Assembly (NCBI GenBank): GCA_951406725.2
Contig: OX597838.1
Location: forward strand, 2,604,001 to 2,668,000
Reading direction: 5' to 3'
Source: Octopus vulgaris
Taxonomy: Eukaryota
Length of the DNA stretch: 64,000 nucleotides
In this document: one piece after another, positions 25,567-40,756 of the stretch
How the letters are laid out: each line of letters begins with the position of its first letter
Position numbering within the stretch: the stretch's first letter is position 1
The notes under the pieces: model-generated
Database searches by the model: none
What the model was told of the DNA's origin: nothing
The model's input: only the letters and a program-made list of their open reading frames with translations
Position numbers and translations under genes: made by a program

Positions 25567-26181
25567 ACGTTGTGTGTGTGTAAGTGTGTGTGTGTGTGTG
25601 TGCGTATGTGTGTGTGTGTGTTTGTGTGTGTGTATTTATTGTTAAGTCAGAGGGAAAGCCACAATAAACGACCCTATACAAGACTTCCAAGAGTGAGTGG
25701 TATCGAGGGAGGAATTTATCCTCAAATCAAGAACCTGGCCAGGATGACAGCAACACAGTACCAAAGATGCTGGGTGCTCTTACGAAAGTAGGAGGCGGAT
25801 TTTGTCTTACCACCCAAGGCTGGATTCGAACTCAGAAAGCTAAGAATTGGAACAAATTGGGCAAAACAATATCTATGAGCTTCTTACAATTCTGCCACTC
25901 CAACACCAGCTCTGACTGGCAACTTATTTTATCGACCCCACAAAAACGACAGGTAAAAATGACTTTGGCTGTATTTGAACACAGAGCGCAGGAAGTCGAC
26001 ACATATTCATAGGAAGAGACATTCTATCCAAGACTATAATGAGTTAACTAATTAGGTGACGGTCTCTCTTCCTAAATATCCAGTTTTCTCCCTGTCACCC
26101 CGTCTCTGTCTCTGTCTCTCATTCTTTCCATCTCTCTTACTTTCTCTATCTCCCTGTGACTGTGTATACATACATACATAA

Positions 26182-26213
<32 letters not shown>

Positions 26214-26243
26214 TGAGGGGGAGTGAAACACACAGTAATCTAT

Positions 26244-26317
<74 letters not shown>

Positions 26318-26449
26318 GTATGTATATATGTACATATACACACATATATACATATATATATAGAGAGAGGGATATAGATATAGATATACACAACTATCTA
26401 TATAGATATATATGTTTATATATGTGTGTGTGTAAATATACATACATAC

Positions 26450-26491
<42 letters not shown>

Positions 26492-27184
26492 GTAAATATA
26501 TATGTATATGTTATAGCCGCATACTGATATCGATGCATAGATACACACACTCACACACACACTCGTATGAGTGGTGTATATACTTGCCTGTCCGTAGATA
26601 GTTAGACAGGAATAAAGGTTAATGCTTAAAGAGTGGATAGAGCTGAGTGTTCGCCCCTGCCCCCCACCTCATTCCGATCACAGTTCTTAAACAATGCAGC
26701 AGAAAGTTGAAATTACATACGGCTCAATAAATTGAACTGTAACCTCTACTGACAGGTTTCGATTAAGAAATTTTGATATTTAAGAAGAGAGAGTGGAAGA
26801 GAGGGAGAGAGAAAGAGAGAGAGGGAGAGAGAAAGAGAGAGAGGGAGAGAGAAAGAGAGAGAGGGAGAGAGAGAGAGGCAGAGTGAAAGGAAGAAAGAGA
26901 GAGACTGTGGGGAAGTGAGGATGAGGAAGAGAATGTGTGTGTGTGTGTGTGAATGTAAATGAGGGAAGCTGAGGGGGTTAATGAGAGAGAGAGAAATTCT
27001 AGAAAGGAAGAGTAAATTATAGACGTACAGACATTCAGAAATGGATGTGTGTGAGTGTGTATGTGTGTGTGTGTGTATGCGTGTGTGTGTGTGTGTGTGC
27101 GTGTGTGTGTTTGTGTGTGTGTGCATAGGTAAATACATGTATATGACAGTTCGCGTACGTGTAAGTATATGTACACAGACACAT

Positions 27185-27250
<66 letters not shown>

Positions 27251-27255
<5 letters not shown>

Positions 27256-27342
27256 AGAATTCATTAAAAAACAAAAGACGAAGACAGGTGGTGTAGAAAA
27301 CAAACAGATCTATTAGTATAACGCTCGGGAATTGAAAAAGTT
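27251..27342 (-). mobile_element. Truncated copy of the 61320-61493 repeat, lacking the hammerhead-like part
   Basis: Its reverse complement ccgagcgttatactaatagatctgtttgtt...cctgtcttcgtcttttgtt matches 61396-61453; it abuts (TA)n. Confidence 0.8.
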
Positions 27343-27344
27343 TG

Positions 27345-27381
<37 letters not shown>

Positions 27382-27713
27382 TTGTTATTATGCAAAAGTA
27401 ACGTAAGTCCAAAATGTTGCTTTTTCAGAAAACATAAAACTAGTTTCACCATTCCATAGCAAAACAATTGCACTACAATTTGATAACTTTTGATATCTTG
27501 GCATCTGAAGCAGCTGGGGATACGATAGTTTGACCAGAAGAACCGGCCATTGCAAGCAAGAAATAAATGGTGGGGGGTAGGGGGTGATGGTGCTGGTGGT
27601 GGTGGTGTAAATAGCACTGGTGGCGGGTGATCGTGTGGATGGTCTTGGCGGCGGCGTTGTCTTGTTGATACCCATCGGCGGTGAGCGTTCCTGTGGTTGA
27701 CCAGATGACCTCC

Positions 27714-27775
27714 TTCACATGTACTACATGGTGTCACAATTGGGATCAGTGTGTGACAGCATGTGGGCGTTTGAA
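27714..27775 (+). ncRNA. Candidate pre-miRNA hairpin (family not recognised)
   Basis: 62 nt with 26 base pairs (4 G-U), two single mismatches and two 1-nt bulges, in unique sequence. Confidence 0.4.
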
Positions 27776-28210
27776 TAACGGATTGGATCCAGGGCAATGG
27801 AGAGAATGAAGAAACCGACCTCGATGCAGGTAAAGACTTGCGAGGTCTCGTTTTCTTTTTTTCTTTTATGCAAGAACAAGAAGGAATCTTAAACTGAGCA
27901 CCATGATGATGATAATGATGATGATTCGATGGAGGAGGAGGTGGAGGGGAGGAGGTGGAGGGGAGGAGGTGGAGGAGGAGGAGGAGGGTCCAAACCAAAC
28001 AGATTGTGGACAGGAGAGATGAGATAAGGAAACACACGGACACGCTTAAACGCACAAACACATTTACACACCTGGACACACACACACACACACACATACA
28101 TGCGGACAAGCCTGGATGCATACATATATGTGTGTGTGTGTGTGCGTGTACGTGTAGGCGTGTGCATATATGCATGCACACACACAAATATATGTATATA
28201 TGTATATATA

Positions 28211-28410
28211 TGTGGCTATGTATATGTTTGTGTGTAAGATGGTGGAGCAGATATATATGCGCCTTAGTGAAGACATTCTGTGTGTGTCTGCGTCTATATA
28301 TGTATGCATAAACATACGTATATATATACACACACATACACACACACTCATGTATATGCATATATATATATGTATATGTACATATGCGTACATATGAGTG
28401 TGTATGTATG

Positions 28411-28471
<61 letters not shown>

Positions 28472-28671
28472 GCACTCAAAAGTCATGTATCTATATATGT
28501 GTGTTTATGCACACATATATAGATGCAGACACACACGGAGTAACTTCACGCCATCTTCTACACTCACACAGACTATGCTCATACACACACTCACACACGC
28601 ACACACACACACACTAAGACACATATATATCCGTCCCACCATTTTACGCACAATCACATACATACATAGCC
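28211..28671. repeat. Old, diverged fold-back inverted duplication
   Basis: 28211-28316 matches the reverse complement of 28502-28549 plus 28612-28671. Confidence 0.75.
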
Positions 28672-29040
28672 GACACATCACACACACACACATACCAGAC
28701 AATCATACATGGACGCACACACATAACCAGGAGTAGAGACACGCAAAGCGCTCCATCTATCTCTTCAATAATCTGAAAAGTAATTATTAGGCGAAACTCT
28801 TCGCAAGCACAGCCTTAATAACACGTCACTATTAATAAATTACACACTAGTTTTACCTCCCTTACAGGCGAGTTCCTTTGACCAATCTATTGTACCGTCT
28901 CGAATTCCTATCACATTGTTACATACCTCTCTTTCAAACATTGCCTTGTTTCTTCTATCTTTGTGCTTCTATTTTGTTTGGTTTTTGGGTTTTTTCCTGG
29001 TTATTTTCTGTGTTGTTACTGTTGTTGTTGTTGTTAATGC

Positions 29041-29075
<35 letters not shown>

Positions 29076-29220
29076 TGTATAGACGCATCATGCGAATTCT
29101 CCTTGAGAAGATACGACGCCTTTGTTGTGTGCATGTTTGTATGTTTATATGTATATAGGTTAGTGTTTGTGGATATACACGCATACAATGTACATACTGA
29201 TGGTTACATAGTCACACACA

Positions 29221-29267
<47 letters not shown>

Positions 29268-30062
29268 CGTTGGTGCGGTTGTATGAAACTGCATTATATG
29301 TACTAATATTATAACATTAATTTATAGGAATATAGTTAGATGTAATTATGTACGGAAGTCTATACATGTGTATTATATACGGATGGCTATATATAAGCGT
29401 TTGTCTCACTGTACGTAATACATACATATTTATATGTGTGTGTGTGTGTATGCACATATACACCTATATAATTATGTGTATATATGTGTCTGTATATATA
29501 TATATATATACACACAGCCACGTATAGAGACAGACATAGGATTTGCATGTACACACGTGATTGTTGTATATGCATATTTGTATGCGTTGACTCACGAAGA
29601 TGAATGTAAATAAGTATGCAGTATACAATTGTATACGCATATAGGTGCCTGTATGTATAAGTGTGCAATGTCTGCGCAAATGTGCATATATATATAAACA
29701 TATATACATATATATATATATATATATGTTTATATATGTTTTATATATATATATATATATATGCGGATACGTCTGTAGCTATATGTAATTATATATACAG
29801 AAGTACGCAGTCACATAAACATATTCATATACGTACTCACACACACGTATACTCATCCACCATTATCAACATGTTTAATAGGACTATAATATGTGACAGA
29901 ATTACATGTAATTATGATATATCACCGTCATAGTATATAAAAATTGTATATAATTTTCATATATTACACCACTGCTTCGCAATTTTCTACCGAATAGATA
30001 CATTACGCTCAGGTCTTTTGTATCGGCTTGGTCATATATATATATATATATATATATACATT

Positions 30063-30120
<58 letters not shown>

Positions 30121-31108
30121 TATATCGAAAGAGGAGGCGGAGTTGGCGAGAAATACATATGTATATATTACATACACATATACTTACACACATACACATA
30201 CACAAACACATATGTAAAAATGTGTGTATGTATGTATGTATGTGTGTCTTGTGTTAATGTGTAGAGAGAGAGGTGTCTGTACGTACATATCCGTCCATAA
30301 ATGTGTACGTGTTTGATTGAACGCGACTTCTGTTTCGCTAATACAATGGCGTGTTATTTGTTATCCAAGTTGGTATTCAGTCGTTTGTTATTGCTAACGG
30401 CCAATGCGATTGGTCGATGGAGACAATGCGGTATATTTTGTTACGACAAGAAAAAGAAGATATGAATAGCTGAGGATTTTTTTTTTTTTTATATATATAC
30501 GAATATACAGGAAAACGTCTTCAGAGTTCGGTTGTTACGGTAGTACAAGTGATAAAATATTTACAGACATGTTACTGGGTGTATTAAATGGTCAACTGTA
30601 TTGTGTTGGCGTAACATATCGTCGCCATTTATAGAACTGTGGAGAAGCGTGAAGATGTGGTAGGACGTCAGAGAAGGAAGAGATTGTGTGTTGCGATTGC
30701 TGAGTGGTTTCAGGAGCGTTGTTAATTAGAAAATATTGCTGTTAAGAACCAATTAGGAAAATATCTACATGAGCGCTTGATTTACTAAAAATGGCCGCCA
30801 AATTTTCTTGAAATCACTACATTAGGACGGGATTACCTTAAATCGTGTGGTTCTAGGTATGCCATACCCAAACAGATACCAGACGGAAACTTTTTTAATA
30901 ATAAGTGTCAGTCTGATGTGTCAGGGTTGAAATGGTGCTTGGGTACCAAGAACGGGAACAACCGTCGTCAATAAAACAAAATCAACATCTTTCATCTCTG
31001 TAACCTGCTAGAAAAATCAATTAATTCTCGCCCAAATCAAACCTTATCGTCTCCACGTAAGATAATGTGATTAAAGGATATACTGTAGATATCTGAGTGT
31101 GTACAAAC

Positions 31109-31163
<55 letters not shown>

Positions 31164-31749
31164 AACACACACACAGGTAAAGTTTCCACTCAGTTACTTA
31201 TTTATCTTTCCTAAGATTTTTGTTGTCTTCCAAATTTTTCAATAGCCGTTTTCAAGAGTCAACCGGTGAGTTTGTTAAATAATAAGTTACTAAAAGAGAA
31301 TGACTCTCCCCGGACACAACTAAATATGCTTCACACGAACTCACATAAAGAATCTTGCAAACCAAATCCCAAAACGAAATATATATATATATATACATGC
31401 ATGCCTACACACACACACATATATATATATATATATGTGGAATTCCAGGAACTATAATGAGTTTTCTCGTGCTGAGGATACAGAGGAATAGCTGAAGCTA
31501 ATTGTTCATTCTCTTTATTTTTTTTTATTTGTTCAAGTATTTATTTGCTTTTGTTTCCATCGTTATATTCTGTTTTCTCTAAGATATCTTTAGCATTTAG
31601 ATATTATACATGTGTATCTATCGATCTATCTATCTCTCTCTATATATATTTGTGAGTGTATGTCTGCGCCTATCTAAAGATAGATAAATGTATACATACA
31701 TACATTATATATATGATATATATCCGGTATATATTCACGTGTGATATGC

Positions 31750-31810
<61 letters not shown>

Positions 31811-32495
31811 TTACATGTATGCATATAAATACGTACACACACACTCAGATATAAATGCGTACACACATATGTACGTATACTTTTAATACACAAATACAAA
31901 GAAGGAAACACACACGCATACACACACACATGCACGCACATACACACATGCGCACGCGCGCACACACACACACATACACACCATTAACTTCTTTAAAATG
32001 GAAGCTAAACAAAATGCTATCCCTGGTTGTGATTTAAACTCTGCATAAACGAATCCATTAAGTAAATCTCCAAGATAAGATTCCGGTTTAAAGTCCTTAA
32101 ATATTCATGGATCTCGCTCTCGTCACGCATGGTGGAGTTTCTCCAAATGCCATCCGTTCATGCTTGATTGCTTTTATTTTAATTTCTGGCTCGTTATAAT
32201 TTCAAATATCATTTGAGGCACACGACGAAGACTACTTGTTGTTTGACTCTGTAAATGAAATCCTGGGGCCGAGATCCTTGGTGCAGTGGAGGCGAGCGAG
32301 GGGTAGATTTTTATTTATTTATTTTTTTTTTTCTTATCGACCTCTTTCGCCGAATCGCTCATTTGTGCGGACGGAAACAAAACAACACCGTTCGGGAAGC
32401 GGTGATCGACAAAGGTAATCACGAAGACAGGGTCACTCATATGCTCAAACACACACACAAACAAATACACACACACACACACAGAGTGTGTACGG

Positions 32496-32728
32496 AATGA
32501 CGTTACTGCTATTTTGAACCCCAAGAGGACATCGTCTCCAGTTGGTTAACGACACAACCAGTGTCCGACATACTGGAAGCAAAGGGGAGAGAGTGTGTGA
32601 GAGAGTGAGAGAGAGAGAGAGAGAGTGTGAGAAAGAGAGAGAGTGCAATATATCGGACAGAAGTTGTGTCGCGCTAACCTGTTGGAGACGATGTTCTCCT
32701 GGTGTTCAATAATAGTTGCAGCGTCGTT
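32496..32728. repeat. Long imperfect inverted repeat (75 and 78 bp arms) with a GA-rich spacer
   Basis: 32496-32570 pairs with 32651-32728, e.g. acatcgtctcca/tggagacgatgt, cgacacaac/gttgtgtcg and tgtccga/tcggaca. Confidence 0.9.
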
Positions 32729-32758
32729 TATATATATATATATATGAATGCACGTATG

Positions 32759-32820
<62 letters not shown>

Positions 32821-33047
32821 TGTATGTATGTATGTATGTATGTATACATGAGTGTGTAGGCCTTCACGGCACTTAGCTGTTCGACAAACAGGAGCATTGA
32901 ATATGTATCACGCTTTACAAATACGGAGAACTGGAGTCAATTCGTTCAACTAAAATTCCTCAAAGCAGCGCCGCAGAATGGCTGGAGTCTAATGTGTAAA
33001 CGAGTAAAAGATACATGTATGTGTGTGTGTGTGTGAGTGTGTATGTT

Positions 33048-33134
<87 letters not shown>

Positions 33135-33136
<2 letters not shown>

Positions 33137-33268
33137 GATGGGTTTCCACACAAACTCCTTAAATCAAATACGAAGGCCTTGCTCAGCCCGGGGCTAGGGT
33201 ATTAGACCTCAAAAGTTATATCACTGTGGTGTTGAACCCGGAATGACGTGGTTACCAAGCAAACTTCT
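33135..33268 (-). mobile_element. SINE family A 5' part, diverged
   Basis: aaggccttgctcagcccggggcta...tgaacccggaatgacgtggtt...aagcaaacttctt. Confidence 0.65.
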
Positions 33269-34488
33269 TCTTAAGAAAACAGAGCTTTACAGACTCTTCC
33301 ACCCCAGTCCACCCCAGCCCACTACCAGCACACCATTATGTCAACATCGATTTCAAATGCTCAAAAGTAGGAACTGAAAAATTCTTCGTTTTTAATTTTC
33401 CAGACTGATTAATCATGTTTTTAAAATATATGTTTACAATATAAGTATTCACAACATTTACATTTACAATATATTAATATTGACGATATCTTTTTATTCC
33501 CTACAGCAACGATGTATCTTATTCATGGATTTGTACATAATTACAGACTGAATTTGAATAAGAAGATGTTTTTAATAAGTTTATTAATCTTCAAAGACGT
33601 TTTCGCAGTCTATATACACTTATTAATTAGTTTCATCTTCTTTTATCATCAGACGTTTATGTACATATCCATATACATAAATACTTACATATGTACCGCC
33701 CCGAATACATACGTACGTACGTACGTACGTATGTATGAATGTTTGTATGTATGTGTGTGTGAGTGTATGTATAGAGAGAAAGGGTGAGGAATTATCGTAA
33801 ATAAGTTTGATAATCATCCAGACAGTTAACCTTACAGTTTAATCAGTTTGATCTCCATTTGTCATCAAATATTATACTCCTAGCTATACATATCCATGAA
33901 GAGAAACTTGCGTTAATCAGATTATCAAATATCTTAAGAAGAACGCTGTCTTTCCAAAATGTATATCGACATTACGAGGTAACAAGTTGGTTAGACGATC
34001 GATAGAAAAGGAATCAATCAAGGACAAGTGAACGGTGGCGTATCAATGCTTTGCATTCCCTAAGTTCCCTAATTACTGTTCGTAAAACCCGGCCTCTTAT
34101 TTGTGCTACACACCCAAGCAAGATGGGGCGCTACGACAAGCGGAGGCATGTGTTAGCAACACCATGCAAAATATTGAAACCTGCACAAAAAAAGATGAAA
34201 GCTAACACACAAAATAATATCGGCATTATGCTTCCACCGATGCATCTAGGACCGTCATCAGCTGCCCGATCCCTGGATACCTATGTGGTTTTCAAATGGG
34301 CTTCAACTAGGATTCGTTGTTTGTAAACTGAGGATGGATTCATGTTAGAATTCAGTTTGATGCCATGTTCTTTAGAATACTAACAGGTTGTTTCAGCTTC
34401 ATGTGTTACTTAAAGCTTCGTGGACATTAAAAAAAAAAATACTACCGACCACTCGGACATTTGAAAGCAAATAACAATAACAATAATA

Positions 34489-34567
<79 letters not shown>

Positions 34568-34576
34568 TGATGAGGA

Positions 34577-34762
34577 TGATTTCAAGTTTAGGCACGATCC
34601 CATCAATTTCATCGACCCTAGTGATAATCTGGTACTTATTATACTGAGGCCGAAAGAATAGGAGGCGAAGTACCTCAGCGGAATTTGAACTCAGAACGTA
34701 AAGATGGAAGAAACGGCGCTAACCATATTACCCAGCGTGCTAACAATTCTTCAAGCTCCCAG
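34577..34762 (-). mobile_element. SINE family B, diverged
   Basis: catcgaccc...ctggtactta...cctcagcggaatttgaactcagaacgtaaaga. Confidence 0.75.
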
Positions 34763-34794
34763 CCCTTCTAACTATTAATAATATCACACACACT

Positions 34795-34919
<125 letters not shown>

Positions 34920-35251
34920 ATATATACGCGCATTCACAGATGTAGTTAATTGCTGTGAAAGTGAATTAAAGCAACGACAGACATTCAATGGTTTCAGTTG
35001 ATGTTTGGGTTCAATATTAAATAAATAACCGAAAATAACTCTCGACGCAGTTTTACTAAACAGACGTAATGTTTCATATAAAACCAATCCACTGGACGGG
35101 GTTTACACGTAGGTCTGACAGGCCTGTGTGTGTGTGGGGGGGGGGGTCTGTGTGTGTGTGTGTGCGACTGAGATTGCTTGTATGGAAACGTGTTTATACA
35201 GATATATATACATTTCCGAAATGGTCGCTAACATCTGCTACTGAGATAATG

Positions 35252-35314
<63 letters not shown>

Positions 35315-35452
35315 CATGCATATATATATATACATATTTATATGTTGGCCAGATTATCTCACATCTCGTTATATAGTAAGAGGTAATTAATCCTGACATA
35401 CCAATATTCGGAGCCTACTTATTACCAGGCTATATAAGTATAAATTTTATAT

Positions 35453-35518
<66 letters not shown>

Positions 35519-35662
35519 ATATACATATGCAACTATATATATGTGTGTGTGTGGTATCTATGTATGCATGTATGTATCTATAGGTATTTCTGTGCATTTC
35601 CATGTGTAATTATGTAAAATTATATACACAAATATCTGATGCATTCACGTGTCTTAAAGTTC

Positions 35663-35699
<37 letters not shown>

Positions 35700-35826
35700 T
35701 GTGGACATGCGTGGGGGGGTTGTGCATACACATGTTTATCTCTCTCTATCTCTTTTTTTCTCTGTTTATAGATAGATATATGTGTATGTATGTATATGTC
35801 TGTGCGTGATACATACAACTCTATTC

Positions 35827-35896
<70 letters not shown>

Positions 35897-36171
35897 ATAC
35901 ATATATATATATATATATATGCATATATTTCTATATATATATATATATATATGTATGTATATTTCAACTTATATATATATGCGTGCATATGTATGAATGT
36001 GTGTTTCTATACATATATAAACATCAACGCAGTTATTCAATCATATAAACATACACACATAGACACACACACTTATATATCTGCGCTAGCTGGTGTATAT
36101 ACGGAACTTCATGATTTTATATGTATGTAGGTATATACATACATATGTATATATATGTCTGTGTATATATG

Positions 36172-36223
<52 letters not shown>

Positions 36224-36244
36224 AAGACATACATATATATACAT

Positions 36245-36290
<46 letters not shown>

Positions 36291-36586
36291 TGAGGCACAC
36301 ACATACGACGACACCTACATACACATACACGCACCTACAAATACACACACAAACTCGCGCCCATGCAGATTCCCTCTTCGCTGTTTTACAGTGATATTTC
36401 GCTTTTACTTTCCAAAATGGCGAACATTCTATATTTTATCGCTTGAGAACGATGTGTGCAAGATCAGAGGTGAATGTGGAGGTCAGCTGCACCAATTCAG
36501 TAAAAGAAAAGCAGACATAAATAATGGACGGAATTCTGGGAAAGTGGAGAACATCGGTAAAACAATGAAGACAGCAAAAAAAGAGC

Positions 36587-36633
<47 letters not shown>

Positions 36634-37192
36634 TATTATTATTATTATTATTATGATTATTATTATTATCATTATTATTATGTGAAAATATAATACAAAA
36701 TGTAAGATATATAGAGGCACATGATATCGAGCGTGTTTGTTAAATAGCTCTTCGGCGGCCATGTTGCGATTCGTCTTTTAGTGGACGGGTTATTAAAATA
36801 TGGAAGCGTCAATAAGATATAATAAATAAAGAGAAAAAAAAGACAAGTGAAAAGAAATGAAGGAGGGATAGTAGCGAAGATGGAAGGAAGGAAGGAAGGA
36901 AGGAAATAAGGAATGAGAGGCATCAAAACTGGAAAAGGAATGTGAAATTATAGTGGAGAAGAATGAAGCCCAAGAGAATAAAAAAATCTACAAAGAATAT
37001 ATAGTGATATGTGTGTATGTGTATGTATGTGTGTGTATGTGTGTGTGTGAGTGTGTGTGTGTGCACGGGTTTGTGTGTATTTGTGTGTGTGAGTGTGTGT
37101 GTGTGTGTGTGTGCGTTGTGTGTGCATTTGTATGTGTATGCTTGCGTGTGAATATATATACGTAGGTCTTACGAAAAACGAAATAACATGGC

Positions 37193-37254
<62 letters not shown>

Positions 37255-37348
37255 TATACATATATATATATACAGAGAGAGATAGATAGATAGATAGATA
37301 GACTGGCAGATACACATATATATGTATACATAAATATACATATATATG

Positions 37349-37396
<48 letters not shown>

Positions 37397-37422
37397 CATA
37401 TATATATGTATATATATATGTG

Positions 37423-37477
<55 letters not shown>

Positions 37478-37868
37478 GCACACATATATTTTCCCACATC
37501 TGGTGAATTAACAACAAATGACAACTCTGAGTTGCCTCGACTTTGAAGTTGAATACAAATCCAGCCAATCCTGTCACCTTACAAATTGATATACCTACAT
37601 CCTAGCGACATCCTGCAATTTGTGTGTGTGTGTGTGTGTGTGCGTGTGCGTGTGTGTGTGTGTGTGAGTGTGTGTATGTGTGTCTGTGTATGTGCGTGTG
37701 TGAGTGTCTCTGTGTGTGTGCGTGTGTGAGTGTGTGTGAGTGTGTGTGTGTGTGTGTGTAGATATACATATATATGTGACCACAGTACACAGAAATATAA
37801 TTCGAAACCATTTTGTGGGTTCGTTTATTATTACACAAAATTTCCGATAGTCAACCACACCCAAATGG

Positions 37869-37902
<34 letters not shown>

Positions 37903-38442
37903 GACCGCCATTTTAAACTGCAACGTATATTTTCTCTCATTAGTTAAGATCACCATTTTAAAATTATTTTTCAACAGCAGCGCGTCCTTTGTTATCGCTT
38001 CAGATCGACCGACGCCTTGCAAAACTTGCTCTATATTCTACGTAAGACGTATGTCTTCGTGGGTGGGTGTATCTACGTGTGTTCATCGCCCAGTCCGTAT
38101 TAGGATTATGTTTGCTTGTTTTGTATAATCCGGTGGTCCGCTCAACTGATTTCGATGAAATACTACGAGATTTAAAGTAAACACGAGCGGATGATATGAT
38201 CTACGAAACGGTTTCTCAATATCACTACAATCCAAAGACAGACAGCAAAACAAAGATGGCGTAGATGAAATAAAGACAAGGAAAATGGCAGCATTCACCA
38301 ACTAAAACAAGGGCGCCGTCCAGGAGAGTTGCAGGAGATTCCAATACTCTTTAGTATTTCAAGATATTTTTATGTGATTTTGGTAAATATATCTGTTAAA
38401 ATGAGATGTTAGTGTTATTTTCATTTTTGAGTAATTTAGTTG

Positions 38443-38567
<125 letters not shown>

Positions 38568-38572
38568 TAATA

Positions 38573-39212
38573 ATGGACAAGAAACAATAAATCATATTAT
38601 CTCTGGCTGCCCAGTCCTGGCTAAGAGGGAATATATTCAAAGACACGACAGAGTTGGGACCTACATACACTGGAAGCTATGCCAGCATTATGGAATAACG
38701 ACAGAAAAAACGATGGTATAGGCACACACCAGAAAAGGTCACAGAAAACGAGAAAGCAACCATACTCTGGGATATGCCGATACACACAGATAGAGAAATT
38801 AAGGCCAACAGACCAGATATAGTTGTCAGAGATCATGAAGAAAAAAAATGTTTTCTAATTGATGTATCAATACCAGCGGATGACAACGTGTCTCTAAAAG
38901 AAATGGAGAAACTTTAAAAATACAAAGACCTGGAAATAGAGGTAACCAGAATGTGGAATCTGAAAACAGAAACAATTCCTATCATAGTATGTGCATTAGG
39001 CATAATAAAAAATATTCAGACAAATACATAACAAAAACAACAGGACTTACAAACACATATAACATACAGAAAATTGCACTACTAGGCACACATCCTACGT
39101 AGAACACTTTCCATACAATAACCATCAGAGCATCACAACAAATCACAGCACATACCCAAGGCACACAGAGCTGTGCTCGGTAGTGAAGTGAAAGCACGCT
39201 ATAAAAATATAA
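38573..39212 (+). mobile_element. 5'-truncated R4/Dong-clade non-LTR retrotransposon (zinc-knuckle plus restriction-like endonuclease C-terminus and 3'UTR) inside (TAA)n
   Basis: ETINHIISGC...YIQRHDRV, then ILWD...NRPDIVVRD...CFLIDVSIPADDNVSLKEMEKL*KYKDL (PD..D..K RLE motif). It has a frameshift near 38705 and an in-frame stop near 38915, with (TAA)n on both sides. Confidence 0.9.
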
Positions 39213-39213
39213 C

Positions 39214-39275
<62 letters not shown>

Positions 39276-40152
39276 GGGAGTATAGCTCCAAACTTACAGG
39301 GAAAAAATCGATTTAGTATTAAATCAAATTTCACAGTATATAATGCGGATGTTAATATACCACAACTTTAAAACACTTTTAAGACCATATTCCCCCCAAT
39401 AGTTCCTTTTTATTTCGCCATTCCCCTCTTTTACTAACTTCAGCTTGCTACACTCCCCACGCCCCAAACTCCCTCTTTCCGTTTATATTTCTTTCTCTCT
39501 CCATCACCCCCGACACACGTCTGTATACTTCTGTTTGTATTGATCATCACCCAAACCTTCCCACCACACACAAATCTCGTTTTCTATCCTTCCTTCTCAA
39601 TCGCTCGTTTTGCTTAGCTTCGAAATACGCCATTTTGACACCATATCTATTTTACTCCATTTTTCCTTGATTTTAATTTATTTTATTTTTCTCAAATATA
39701 TCTTATTTAATATGAAATAAATGAAACTGAACAAATAGTAAAATAAAAAAAGCAAACAAAAAATAATGTATTATTTGAAAACGTTTGGTGTATCTATGCA
39801 GTGTGAATATAGACTTTTTTGTATACACACGTATTTTTGTTTATACACCCTCAGGACTTGCGTGAAATAGCATAGGAATTAAGTATGAATTCACATGCAC
39901 ATATACACGCATACACAGGCACATATTTAAATCACACAGATACAGATACACAAACACACAAACACACTCAAATTTACTATAATTAGGAAGGTACACAGAA
40001 ACATGCAGAAGCAAATAGACACAGATGTATGTACGTATGTCTGCAGACGCACACGCACGCACACATACATACATACATACATACATACATACATACATAC
40101 ATACATACATACATACATACATACATACATACATACATACATACACACTCGC

Positions 40153-40227
<75 letters not shown>

Positions 40228-40403
40228 CAGAGAGAGAGAGACAGAGAGACAGACAGAGACACACAGACAGACAGAGACCAATAAAAGTGAAGTACTCAAA
40301 ACCTGGTTAAGATGGTATTATACATATGTTTACTTTATATACAATTCTTTTGTATAAAGAGAAAATTGTAGACATCCCCACTGACAGACAGACATACAGA
40401 CAT

Positions 40404-40453
<50 letters not shown>

Positions 40454-40756
40454 GTTCATGCAAATATTCCGACAAGTAGACAGCTAGTTATATACGTAGA
40501 TGGTAGACAGAGAAACAGTGGAAATACATACACAGAGACTGACGGACAAACAGACAGAATACATAGATACAGAAAGACAGACAGACAGACACGAAGGCAG
40601 ACAGACAAACAGACAGACAGATAGTCAGGTAGAGACTTTGGTTCTTTGTATGTATTTCTCTACCCGGGAGGTACGTTTCCTTCTAGAGTGGATCGAGGGT
40701 GCACAAGAAGCATTTTACTAGCTTTACTAGCTTTACTAGCTTTACCATATATGGTG

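Noticed and set aside
27264-28475. 403-aa minus-strand ORF, the longest in the track
   Set aside because: Mostly microsatellite and Pro/His low-complexity sequence with no domain.
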